Position numbers and translations under genes: made by a program
The notes under the pieces: model-generated
What the model was told of the DNA's origin: nothing
What the model saw: the letters and a program-made list of their open reading frames with translations, nothing else
Database searches by the model: none
Source: Planctomycetota bacterium
GTDB taxonomy: Bacteria; Planctomycetota; MHYJ01; WSZJ01
DNA: 64,000 nt
Reading direction: 5' to 3'
NCBI GenBank assembly: GCA_038060895.1
Contig: JBBTCT010000022.1
Location: 229,301 to 293,300 of the forward strand
Shown: one piece after another, positions 1 through 8,385 of the stretch
Layout of the letters: the number at the start of each line of letters is the position of its first letter
How positions within the stretch are numbered: position 1 is the stretch's first letter

Positions 1-1
1 C

Positions 2-286
2 CCCGAAAACCTCGGCAACCCCGTCGCCGCCGGCGTCCGCGTCCAGGGAGAACTCATGACGGACGGGACGCTCACCTGCCAGGGCGCAGGCGAAGTCCAC
101 AAGGCGTACACCGACTACGTGGAAGCGATGCGCGGCCAGGGCTGGGAGCCGCGCTCGGCCGACGGCGACGACGTCAGCAGCATGAAGTGTTCGCTGAAGA
201 AGGACACGCGGCAGGTGGACGTCGCGATCACCGCCGAGGGGAACGGGGCGATCAAGGTGGTCGTCACGGTGGGGACGGCGAAGTAG
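2..286 (+). CDS. hypothetical protein, 3' partial (C-terminal fragment; gene starts upstream of window)
   Basis: Open frame runs from window edge to stop at 286; no recognisable motif. Confidence 0.35.
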   Translation, partial: PENLGNPVAAGVRVQGELMTDGTLTCQGAGEVHKAYTDYVEAMRGQGWEPRSADGDDVSSMKCSLKKDTRQVDVAITAEGNGAIKVVVTVGTAK

Positions 287-545
287 GCTCGACCTTTGCC
301 CTGAATCCTCGCCGCCCTCGCTATGGCCGCTTCGACCTGCTCCGCCGGCGAGTCTGAGAACGTGGTGCTCTGCGACTGCCAGTGGAAGAGCGAGGAGGTG
401 CGCGCGTGTTGGCGGCAATTGGATTTCGGAGGGAAATCGAGCGCCGATTCCAGAGCGGCAGCAAGCTGCGGATCGGCAATTCCTGAGCAGTTGGCCGGAA
501 GATGTTGGTCGCACTTCGATACTCGACCGATATCATCTAGAACTA

Positions 546-2369
546 ATGAGTTCTGCTTCCTGCGCTTGGCAAGGCTCTGTCTCTTCCTTCCTGGAAACTT
601 CGGAGGAACGCGTCCTTTCCGATCTCACCGCGTTTCTGCGCGAAACCGGCGCGCCTCAGATCCTCGCCTGGGATCGCTCTCTCCGCGTCTTGCGAGACCA
701 GCTCCATACGTGTATGCCCGACGCCTCGAACTTCGCACTCGTCCTCGAATTCGAACTTCCGCGAAGCGGTGGCAGGCGCCCGGACTTGATCGTTCTGGAG
801 AACGGCCTCGTCCTCGTCATCGAATTCAAGAATCGCGTAACTGCGGAAGCGGCGGACCTCGCCCAGGTGAAGGGGTACGTGCGCGACCTCGAGGACTACC
901 ACGCCGCTTGCCGCGGCAAGACGCTCGTTCCGATCCTCGTGCCGATCGGGATGGAAGGGGAGCCCGAGGAGCGTGACGGCGTGCGCGTCGTCCCGTCGCG
1001 TCTGTTAGGCAGGGTGATTCGCGAGATCTCCAAAGGCGGCGAGGGGAAGCGCGGCGACGGGGAAGCGTTCGTTCTGGCACCATTTGAGCCTCTCCCCGCT
1101 CTTGTCGACGCCGCACGCCTACTATTCGAGCGCAAGCCTCTCCCTCGTATCAGAGCTGCCGAATCGGCACGCATCCCGGCGACGGTGGCCCGCCTCGAGC
1201 GGCTCGCTCGAGAAGTGCGCGGCACCGGAAGGCGGTCGCTCGCGCTTGTCTCGGGAGTGCCGGGAAGTGGCAAGACGCTTGTGGGTCTTCAACTGGTGCA
1301 CTCGCGCGACCTCGGTGTCCCGGCGGTGTTCCTCTCCGGAAACGGGCCGCTCGTCAACGTTCTCCAGTACGTCCTGGAGAACAAAGAGTTCGTGCGCGAC
1401 ATGAAGAAATTCATTCACGACCACCTCGTGCGTACGACCTCGGCGCCGCGGGAACACGTCGTTGTGTTCGACGAAGCGCAGCGAGCGTGGGACCGAGACC
1501 GTGTGCTCAAGAAGCATCGCGGGGCACTGGCGGACGGCGAGCCGGCTCTTCTCGCGAGGATTGCGACCAAGGTGAGCGACGGATTTGTGCTTGTCGCCCT
1601 GATCGGGACAGGGCAGGAGATCCATGAGGGAGAAGAAGGCGGGATTGCCCAGTGGGTGGGCGCGCTGAAAGAGGTCGGCGGGTGGGATGTGCTTGGACCC
1701 CCCGGGTACCGGGAGGAATTCGTGAAGGCCGGAATCGAATACACGGCGGATGACCTGCTTCATCTCACGGTAGCGCTTCGGAGTCACAGGGCGTCCGACA
1801 CGGCTCTGTGGGCCGGGCTCCTTCTTGAAGGTCGCCTGACCGAAGCGGCGAGCGTCGCTGCCGGCATGCGCGACAACAATTTCGAGATTCTCGGTTCACG
1901 ATCGCTGAACGCTCTTCGCGACTATGCGCGTGAGCGATACAGCAATGAGTCCGGAAAGAGGTTTGGGCTGGTGACTTCGTCGAGATTCCGAAATATCGAC
2001 GAGTACGGAGTGCGAACGCCACCCGCGAAATTCTTTCCGCATGGGCCGTGGTATGAGAGCCATCGTGACGATCCGAAATCCTGTTGTCGCCTCGAGGTCG
2101 CCGAAACGGAATTTGGATGCCAAGGACTGGAGCTAGACTTTCCGATCGTCTGCTGGGGACCGGACCTTGTCTGGCGCGGAGCTCACTGGGAAGTGGTGAT
2201 CAAGCGACGGAATCCCGACGTAAGGAATCCGGCCAAGCTGAGGCTCAACGCATACCGAGTCCTCCTGACGCGCGGCCGAGACGGCATGGCCGTGTTTGTG
2301 CCTCCTGGCCAAGCCGGAGACGCAACCTGGAGTGCACTCTTGGCGGGCGGGATCCGCGAACTGGCTTAG
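546..2369 (+). CDS. DUF2075-family protein: N-terminal PD-(D/E)xK-like nuclease motif fused to SF1-like P-loop ATPase
   Basis: Motifs PDLIVLE...VIEFK (D-E-K), Walker A GVPGSGKT, Walker B VVVFDEAQ; 607 aa single ORF. Confidence 0.75.
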   Translation: MSSASCAWQGSVSSFLETSEERVLSDLTAFLRETGAPQILAWDRSLRVLRDQLHTCMPDASNFALVLEFELPRSGGRRPDLIVLENGLVLVIEFKNRVTAEAADLAQVKGYVRDLEDYHAACRGKTLVPILVPIGMEGEPEERDGVRVVPSRLLGRVIREISKGGEGKRGDGEAFVLAPFEPLPALVDAARLLFERKPLPRIRAAESARIPATVARLERLAREVRGTGRRSLALVSGVPGSGKTLVGLQLVHSRDLGVPAVFLSGNGPLVNVLQYVLENKEFVRDMKKFIHDHLVRTTSAPREHVVVFDEAQRAWDRDRVLKKHRGALADGEPALLARIATKVSDGFVLVALIGTGQEIHEGEEGGIAQWVGALKEVGGWDVLGPPGYREEFVKAGIEYTADDLLHLTVALRSHRASDTALWAGLLLEGRLTEAASVAAGMRDNNFEILGSRSLNALRDYARERYSNESGKRFGLVTSSRFRNIDEYGVRTPPAKFFPHGPWYESHRDDPKSCCRLEVAETEFGCQGLELDFPIVCWGPDLVWRGAHWEVVIKRRNPDVRNPAKLRLNAYRVLLTRGRDGMAVFVPPGQAGDATWSALLAGGIRELA

Positions 2370-2374
2370 CGTTT

Positions 2375-2749
2375 TCAACCACGTTTTACAGTTCTTGCCG
2401 TCCGGACCCTGTGGACGACGGGAGGGGGGTCCGTTTTCGTGGCGTCGACTTGCCTGAACCTGCGTCGATCTCCTTTCGATTTCCTAGCCCAACTTTCGTC
2501 GGTCACCGACCAGTCGCCGTAGTACATGCCGTCGTAGTAGAGCAGGCACTCGCACGTCACCTGCAGGTCGGCGCTTGCGCACTCGTCTGGCTGCCCCTCA
2601 CCGTCGAGAGGACAGCACTTCAGGTCGCCCGCGTATGTCGTGTGGACGTAAGAGAGCGGACCGAGAATCGGGCCCTGTTCGCCCCAATCGTTGAGTTCTG
2701 ACCGATCGGTGGTCTCGGTTCCATGGAAGAGTTCGAGGTAGACGGGCAT
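2375..2749 (-). CDS. small hypothetical protein (Cys-rich)
   Basis: Strong RBS AAGGAGG immediately upstream of ATG on minus strand; convergent with DUF2075 gene. Confidence 0.45.
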   Translation of the reverse strand: MPVYLELFHGTETTDRSELNDWGEQGPILGPLSYVHTTYAGDLKCCPLDGEGQPDECASADLQVTCECLLYYDGMYYGDWSVTDESWARKSKGDRRRFRQVDATKTDPPPVVHRVRTARTVKRG

Positions 2750-2992
2750 GGAACCTCCTTGATCCGTGTGAGTTCAGAATTCCAATCGTGTGACATTGAT
2801 ACGTCCCGATCGAAAAACTCCTGGAGGAATTCCCAGGAATTCGGACAAGGTTCCACCGCGCCTGCCACCTCCTAGAACTCCTCAATGTGATTCCCCGTCC
2901 TCTTCCGCTTCACCCGGTCGAACTCCTTCACCGTCTTCGGGGATGAGGTCGAGGAACGCTTCCGATGCCACGACCTCGCGAGGCCGGGAGGA

Positions 2993-3811
2993 GTGGCGGG
3001 TTATCCTGCAACTATGCGAGCGCCGGCCCACTACGAATACACCGGCCTCATGGCCCAATCCTGGGACCTTCTCCGCGGCGACACTTCCGCCTGGCCCGAC
3101 CGTGCGTTCTACCTCGAGGTCATCCGCCGGCACGGGCAGCCGGTGCTGGATGTCGGGTGCGGGACGGGGCGGCTGCTGCTGGATTTTCTCGCGCAAGGGA
3201 TCGACGTGGACGGGGTGGACAACTCACCGGAGATGCTGGCGTTGTTGCGGGAGAAAGCTCGGGTGGCGGGACTGCAACCGCGCGTCTACGAGCAGCCGAT
3301 GGAAGCGCTCTCGCTGCCGCGGCGCTACCGGACGATTCTCATTCCGTCGAGCTCGCTTCAGCTGGTCACGGACGTCGCGGCGGCCGGAGCGGCGCTGCGC
3401 GGGATGCGGTCGCTTCTCCCGGAAGGCGGCGTCCTGGTCGCGCCGTTCATGACGCTCTGGCACGAAGGCCAGCCGCTGGAGTCGGGGCGCGAGACGAGGG
3501 CGGTGCGGCCGGCGGACGGGGCGGTTTTCCGGCGGATCGAGAAGTGCCGCTTCGACCCGGCGAATGGATGCGAGCACACGGAGGACCGGTATGAGGTGAT
3601 CGTGGACGGCCGCGTGGTCGGGGAGGAGACGCACCGGCGGTCGCCGGCGACGCGGTCGTACACGCAGGAGGAGGCGCGGCGGCTGTTTCTGGAAGCGGGG
3701 TTCGCGGAGGTGACGGTGACCAGCGGGTTCAGGTTGGTCGCCGCGAAGGCGGACGACCTGTTGTTCTGCGTGACCGCGCTGGATTCGAGGGCCCGTCCCG
3801 GGATAAGCTGA
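2993..3811 (+). CDS. class I SAM-dependent methyltransferase (small-molecule type)
   Basis: Motif I VLDVGCGTGRLL, motif II DGVD; no DPPY/NPPY DNA-MTase motif; GTG start at 2993 or ATG at 3014. Confidence 0.75.
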   Translation: MAGYPATMRAPAHYEYTGLMAQSWDLLRGDTSAWPDRAFYLEVIRRHGQPVLDVGCGTGRLLLDFLAQGIDVDGVDNSPEMLALLREKARVAGLQPRVYEQPMEALSLPRRYRTILIPSSSLQLVTDVAAAGAALRGMRSLLPEGGVLVAPFMTLWHEGQPLESGRETRAVRPADGAVFRRIEKCRFDPANGCEHTEDRYEVIVDGRVVGEETHRRSPATRSYTQEEARRLFLEAGFAEVTVTSGFRLVAAKADDLLFCVTALDSRARPGIS

Positions 3812-3815
3812 ATCC

Positions 3816-4094
3816 ATGTCAACGCTTCCCGACCACGGCGACTTCTTCGTCAAAACCACGCTCAACGAAGACCTCAAGGCGATTCGCCAGGCCACCGAGA
3901 TGGCGAAGCAGAACCCCTCGAAGCCGGGGCACTACTGGCTGCGGGCGGTGATCAAGGGGGACGGGCCGGAAGGGAAGTTCGAGGTGATCAAGATGTATCA
4001 CGTGGACCTGAACGCGGGGATCGTGGAGATCACGGAGACGATGGAAGGCGAAGAGCGGGCGCGGCGGACGCGCAAGCTGGACGATCTGGGGTAG
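3816..4094 (+). CDS. small hypothetical protein
   Basis: 92-aa ORF directly downstream of MTase, same strand. Confidence 0.45.
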   Translation: MSTLPDHGDFFVKTTLNEDLKAIRQATEMAKQNPSKPGHYWLRAVIKGDGPEGKFEVIKMYHVDLNAGIVEITETMEGEERARRTRKLDDLG

Positions 4095-4242
4095 GCTCGT
4101 TTGCGGCGAGGGTCGAAACGATGGGCTATGACGAAAAGCTGGCCGGCCGGATTGCCGGGAAGCTCGACGGGAAGAAGCCTCGGAAGTGAGCGGCCCGCGG
4201 AACCGATCAGGCTTTCGCCGCACGAGCCGCTAACATGAGGGC

Positions 4243-5214
4243 ATGATCCGACTTGCCGCTCTCCTTCTGCCGTTCCTGGCCGGCGTTTCCGCGGCCCAGT
4301 CGCCGGCGACGCAGGTCACTTTCGAGCTGAACGACGCGTTCGTGAAAGGAAAGGCGCTGGAAGGGGTGGAGGTTTCGCTTCAGCGAAGCCCTGAAGGTCC
4401 TGTCGAGCACTCGGGGTTCACGGGCGCGGGCGGTCGCCTGGTGATCATCGTGGAGCCTGGGAAGTGGCTCGTGTCGTACCGGCTGCGCGGATACGTGCCG
4501 GTCGTGCGGAGCGAGACGGACTTTGTCCGCGGTGCGGCGATCGTGACGACGAGCCTGTCGATGAACCTTGAGAGCGAAGGGAGCGACGGCGGCCGCCGGG
4601 TCCGGATGATCCTGAACTGGGGATCCGGCGCTGACCAGGTCCGCGACCTGGATGCGCACGCGCTGTGTGTGTGCGTGCCGGCCAATCCGCACATCTACTA
4701 CCAGGCGAGGATGCACGAGGCCGGTGCGCACGAGGTGTCGCTGGATGTCGACGACCGGGACGGGGGCGGGCCGGAGACGATCACGCTACGGGATCCCACG
4801 CCGGGACAATATCGGTACTTCGTGCACAACTTCAGCGGCGCGCCGGCGCGGCTCGGCGCTTCGGACGCCGTCGTGCGCGTCCTCTCGGGGGACGAACTGA
4901 TCGGGGAATTCCGCGTGCCGCCCGACGTCGCGGAGCGGGTGTGGCGGCCGTTCAAGGCGATCGAAGTGACGCCCGAGGGAAAAGTCTGGATCGTGCCGTT
5001 CGCGGAGTCCGAACTGAAGCGCGCCGAGGACCGGCGGGCACCTGTCGGGACGTCGACGTTCCGGGAACCGGCGGATGAGGAAGGGGCGCCGGTGCGTGCC
5101 GCCGCGCCGGCGAAGAAGGACAACTCCTCTTCCTTCGGGGTCCCGATCGCCGTACTGGTTGTCGTCCTCATCATCCTGGCCGAATTGTTTTTGCGCCGCA
5201 GGCGCGCTTCCTGA
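4243..5214 (+). CDS. secreted hypothetical protein with C-terminal TM anchor (CarboxypepD_reg-like N-domain)
   Basis: N-terminal signal peptide MIRLAALLLPFLAGVSAAQ; C-terminal hydrophobic helix followed by RRRRAS. Confidence 0.6.
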   Translation: MIRLAALLLPFLAGVSAAQSPATQVTFELNDAFVKGKALEGVEVSLQRSPEGPVEHSGFTGAGGRLVIIVEPGKWLVSYRLRGYVPVVRSETDFVRGAAIVTTSLSMNLESEGSDGGRRVRMILNWGSGADQVRDLDAHALCVCVPANPHIYYQARMHEAGAHEVSLDVDDRDGGGPETITLRDPTPGQYRYFVHNFSGAPARLGASDAVVRVLSGDELIGEFRVPPDVAERVWRPFKAIEVTPEGKVWIVPFAESELKRAEDRRAPVGTSTFREPADEEGAPVRAAAPAKKDNSSSFGVPIAVLVVVLIILAELFLRRRRAS

Positions 5215-5411
5215 CCGGCGACGAGGTTTCCCGGGACCTTCCGGCGGCCTCCCGGCGCCGACGCGTCGCAGGTGAGCGTGCTGCTCACGCTCGGCGGCGT
5301 GGTCGACGAGGTCCTGAAGTAGCCGCGCGCCGACTTCAGGCGCGCACCACGCTTCGAGTACCTGCGAGCCGAGTTCCTTCTGGTCACGGCCGATTTTCTC
5401 CAGCGTCGTCG

Positions 5412-5750
5412 AGCGCAGCCGCCGGCGAGTGCGTGGCCGTTGATGGCGGCGACGAGGGGTTTGGGGAACGTGAAAGCGGCGCGGAGCGCGTCGTGAAGTG
5501 CCGGGATCAGATCGCGGATGTACGTGGGCCCGCCGTCGGCGAGTTGTTTGATGTCGAGCCCGGCGGAGAATATCGGGCCGTCTGCGGCGAGGACCACGGC
5601 GCGCGACCCGGATTTCGCCTCGCTCGCGAACGCCGCTTCCAGCTCGCGCAGCAGTCCGACGTCCATCGCGTTCGCCTTGCCCTGTCGGAGGCGCAGGATC
5701 GTGATCGCACTGCGGGATTCGGTGGCGAGCATGGAGGTCCATGGAACCAT
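5412..5750 (-). pseudogene. enoyl-CoA hydratase/isomerase (crotonase) family, N-terminal fragment only
   Basis: Minus-frame translation matches crotonase N-terminus through AINGHALAGGCA, then the frame decays; no in-frame continuation found. Confidence 0.5.
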
Positions 5751-5796
5751 GCCCGCGGCCGGGGCGCACGCCGTTCGGAATTCTGCGAAATTCCGC

Positions 5797-5818
5797 TTGA
5801 CATGAAATGAATTATAAT
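5797..5818 (+). promoter_or_regulatory. AT-rich promoter island (TTGACA ... TATAAT-like boxes) upstream of HTH-ATPase gene
   Basis: ttgacatgaaatgaattataatggatcataatg in otherwise ~68% GC DNA. Confidence 0.35.
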
Positions 5819-6965
5819 GGATCATAATGACATGAAACGATATGAGACGGACTTCGACGCCGCCCTGGCGTTCCTCCAGGTCAGCCGCTCCACCCTGAAC
5901 CGCTGGGTCCACGACGGCAAACTCCCCGCCCGAAAGGTCGGCGGCCAGTGGCGCTTCTCCGAAGAAGACCTCACCAGACTCCGCGACGGATCCGGGGAGC
6001 CCGCCCCGCTCGTCCGCGCTCGAGAAGAGCTGAAGACTTTCCTCGAATCCTCACGGGCCAACCGAAAGGGACCGAAAAACATGAACGCCATCGACACGAA
6101 ATCGCAGCCGCTCGCCGAAGCCCTGGTCTGGGAAGCGCACGACCGCAAGGCCTCCGAGCTGCACCTCCAGCCGAGGAAGGACGGCGTCCACATCTCCGTG
6201 GGCAAAGAAGCGCGGCTCGAGACGATCCGCGTCATTCCGGCGGACCTCGCGCGCGAACTCGAGCAGGCATGGGAAGAAATCGGGCTGCCGTTCGGCGACT
6301 CGGGCATCCGCCGGATCTTCCTCAGTCGCGCCGGGGACCAGGCCGTGAACGAAGTCTCCGTGCTACTCCAGGCCATCGACACCCTCCAGGGGCGCCGCGT
6401 CACGCTACGCTTCATGGGCGGCGGCCGCATCGCCGACCTCGATACCGTCGCGCCGAAAGCCGACGACCGCGCCGTCTTCGAGCGCTGGCTCAAGCGCCCC
6501 AACGGGATCATTCTCTTCTCGGGCCCGACCGGCTCCGGCAAGACGACGACGCTCCTCTCCTGCCTTCAGCATCTCGCGAAGGACGCCGGGCTGGCCGTCT
6601 TCAGCCTCGAGTACCCCGCTTATGTCCGCGTCGATGGCGTCGACCAGGTTGAGGTTCCGAGCGAAGACGGCCCGGTCGTCAAGGCCGCGCTCGAGCGCAT
6701 CATGAGGATGTATCCCAACGCGATCGGAATCTGCGTCGAGACCGAAGAAGCCGCCGCGGCCGCGCTGAACATGGCGATCACGGGGCATCTCGTGCTGATG
6801 CAGGTGCATGCAGAAGAGCACGAGGCGGCGGTGAAGCGCCTCGAGCAGCTCGCAGGCAGGCCGGTCGCGCCGTCCGTGATCGGGGTGATCTCGCAGCGGC
6901 TCAAGCGCGGCGACGCGGGCGGGAAGGTGGCTGAGTACCGCTTCTGGGAGCCTGGCGGGAGATAG
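5817..6965 (+). CDS. excisionase-type HTH fused to GspE/PilB-like secretion ATPase (degenerate)
   Basis: N-term LNRWVHDGKLPARKVGGQWRF (HTH_17-like); Walker A ILFSGPTGSGKTTTL; His-box-like HLVLMQVHA; no clear Walker B or Asp box. Confidence 0.65.
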   Translation: MDHNDMKRYETDFDAALAFLQVSRSTLNRWVHDGKLPARKVGGQWRFSEEDLTRLRDGSGEPAPLVRAREELKTFLESSRANRKGPKNMNAIDTKSQPLAEALVWEAHDRKASELHLQPRKDGVHISVGKEARLETIRVIPADLARELEQAWEEIGLPFGDSGIRRIFLSRAGDQAVNEVSVLLQAIDTLQGRRVTLRFMGGGRIADLDTVAPKADDRAVFERWLKRPNGIILFSGPTGSGKTTTLLSCLQHLAKDAGLAVFSLEYPAYVRVDGVDQVEVPSEDGPVVKAALERIMRMYPNAIGICVETEEAAAAALNMAITGHLVLMQVHAEEHEAAVKRLEQLAGRPVAPSVIGVISQRLKRGDAGGKVAEYRFWEPGGR

Positions 6966-6987
6966 GCTCCCGCGCGACGGCGGCCCG

Positions 6988-8313
6988 TTGCGTAAGATGC
7001 CGGGGATGCCTCTGCTTCGCCGCCCGGGCTGGATCTGCGCCGCCGTCGCGCTCGCTTGCCTTGCCGGATGCGGGCAGAAAAAGCCGGCCGCATCCCGAAC
7101 TTCTTCGCCGGCGCCTCAGGAAATCACCGAACTCGACGCGGGGGAGCTCTTCACGAAGCTTCTTCCCGAAGGACTCCAGGCGCGCGTCACCCGCCGCGAG
7201 TACGCAGGCTACCGCGAGGGAGGCGTCTTCGTCATCGACGGCGACTACCAGTTCTTCCTCACCGTCATCAACAGCACGGCCGCGCCGGCGCGTGCGACGT
7301 GCCCGAAGTACCTGCTCGGCAAGGGCGAGGGGTGGAGGAACCCCAATCCGGGCGAAGGGCGGGAGCCGGAGTTCCTCTATTTCATGGTCGTCCGCGACCG
7401 GGAACTGCGGATCCCCGCGGGACAGGAGACGCGCGTTGAGCTCCGTGAAGCGCATTACCTGGGCAACGTAAACCGACCGCCCTATTTCGGGCCGGGGACG
7501 GAGCCGGAGCTGCGGATCTCGGTGCCGGCTGCGGATTCGCAGTATGTCAGAGCCGCTGAAGCGCTCGAAGCCCTGAAACCGTCGCTGGCGCCCTGGTTCC
7601 CGGGCCTCGCTTTCAGCCTCATTTCCGACGCGTCCCCCGACGAGATCCAGCGCAAGCGAATCCTGGCGTGGGAGTGGGTCGGGCTGAAGAGGCTTCGCGA
7701 GGCGCTGGAAGGGGCCGGTGTCCGGCCGCGGCAGGCATCGTCCTTCGAGGAGGCCGCGAAAAAGCGCGAGGGCATTCTCGGGAAGCTGCGCGCGGCCGTT
7801 GACGCCGCCGAGGCGATCCGCGCGGTGGACGAGCGATCGTGCGCCGGCGACGTCGAGGTCGCCGTCGCGGTCGCAGCTTTCCTCAAGCCGGAAGCCGACC
7901 GGACGGAGAAGTCACCGCTTCCCCTGGTCCTGGGCCGCCTCAAGGTCCGCGACCCCCGCATTCTCGACCGGCTCTTCGAATTCGCCCTGCGCGACGGCCA
8001 CGAATTCAGCCGCGTGCAGGCGGCCATGGAGGGAGCGAAGCTCGGCGACCCCCGGTGCATTCCGCTGCTCGTGCAGTACAGCCGGAACCCGGCCATGGCC
8101 GATGGCGACGTGGCGAAACTGGCCCAGGAATGCACCGGCACGCTGGTCGAGTTGTGGGAAGCGCAGGGAAAGTTCGCGCGGGGAGGGAAATGGAAAGAAG
8201 CCATCGACCGCTTCGGCGGCCTGGATGCCCCCGATCTGGCGGCCGTCCCGCAGGGGCAGCTCGCCGAGCTCAGGACCTTCCTCGAGTCCGGAAAAAACCT
8301 CCGCAGGAAATAG
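6988..8313 (+). CDS. lipoprotein with HEAT/PBS-lyase-like repeats
   Basis: Signal peptide with lipobox LAGC; C-terminal HEAT-like repeats. Confidence 0.6.
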   Translation: MRKMPGMPLLRRPGWICAAVALACLAGCGQKKPAASRTSSPAPQEITELDAGELFTKLLPEGLQARVTRREYAGYREGGVFVIDGDYQFFLTVINSTAAPARATCPKYLLGKGEGWRNPNPGEGREPEFLYFMVVRDRELRIPAGQETRVELREAHYLGNVNRPPYFGPGTEPELRISVPAADSQYVRAAEALEALKPSLAPWFPGLAFSLISDASPDEIQRKRILAWEWVGLKRLREALEGAGVRPRQASSFEEAAKKREGILGKLRAAVDAAEAIRAVDERSCAGDVEVAVAVAAFLKPEADRTEKSPLPLVLGRLKVRDPRILDRLFEFALRDGHEFSRVQAAMEGAKLGDPRCIPLLVQYSRNPAMADGDVAKLAQECTGTLVELWEAQGKFARGGKWKEAIDRFGGLDAPDLAAVPQGQLAELRTFLESGKNLRRK

Positions 8314-8385
8314 CCGCCCCGTCCGTGGCTACAATGCCCGTGTCCTTTCGCCGTTCCGTGGAATCGCGGTCGCAGGGGGTGCGGC

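Noticed and set aside
4120-4188. 22-codon ORF MGYDEKLAGRIAGKLDGKKPRK
   Set aside because: No convincing RBS; too short to support.
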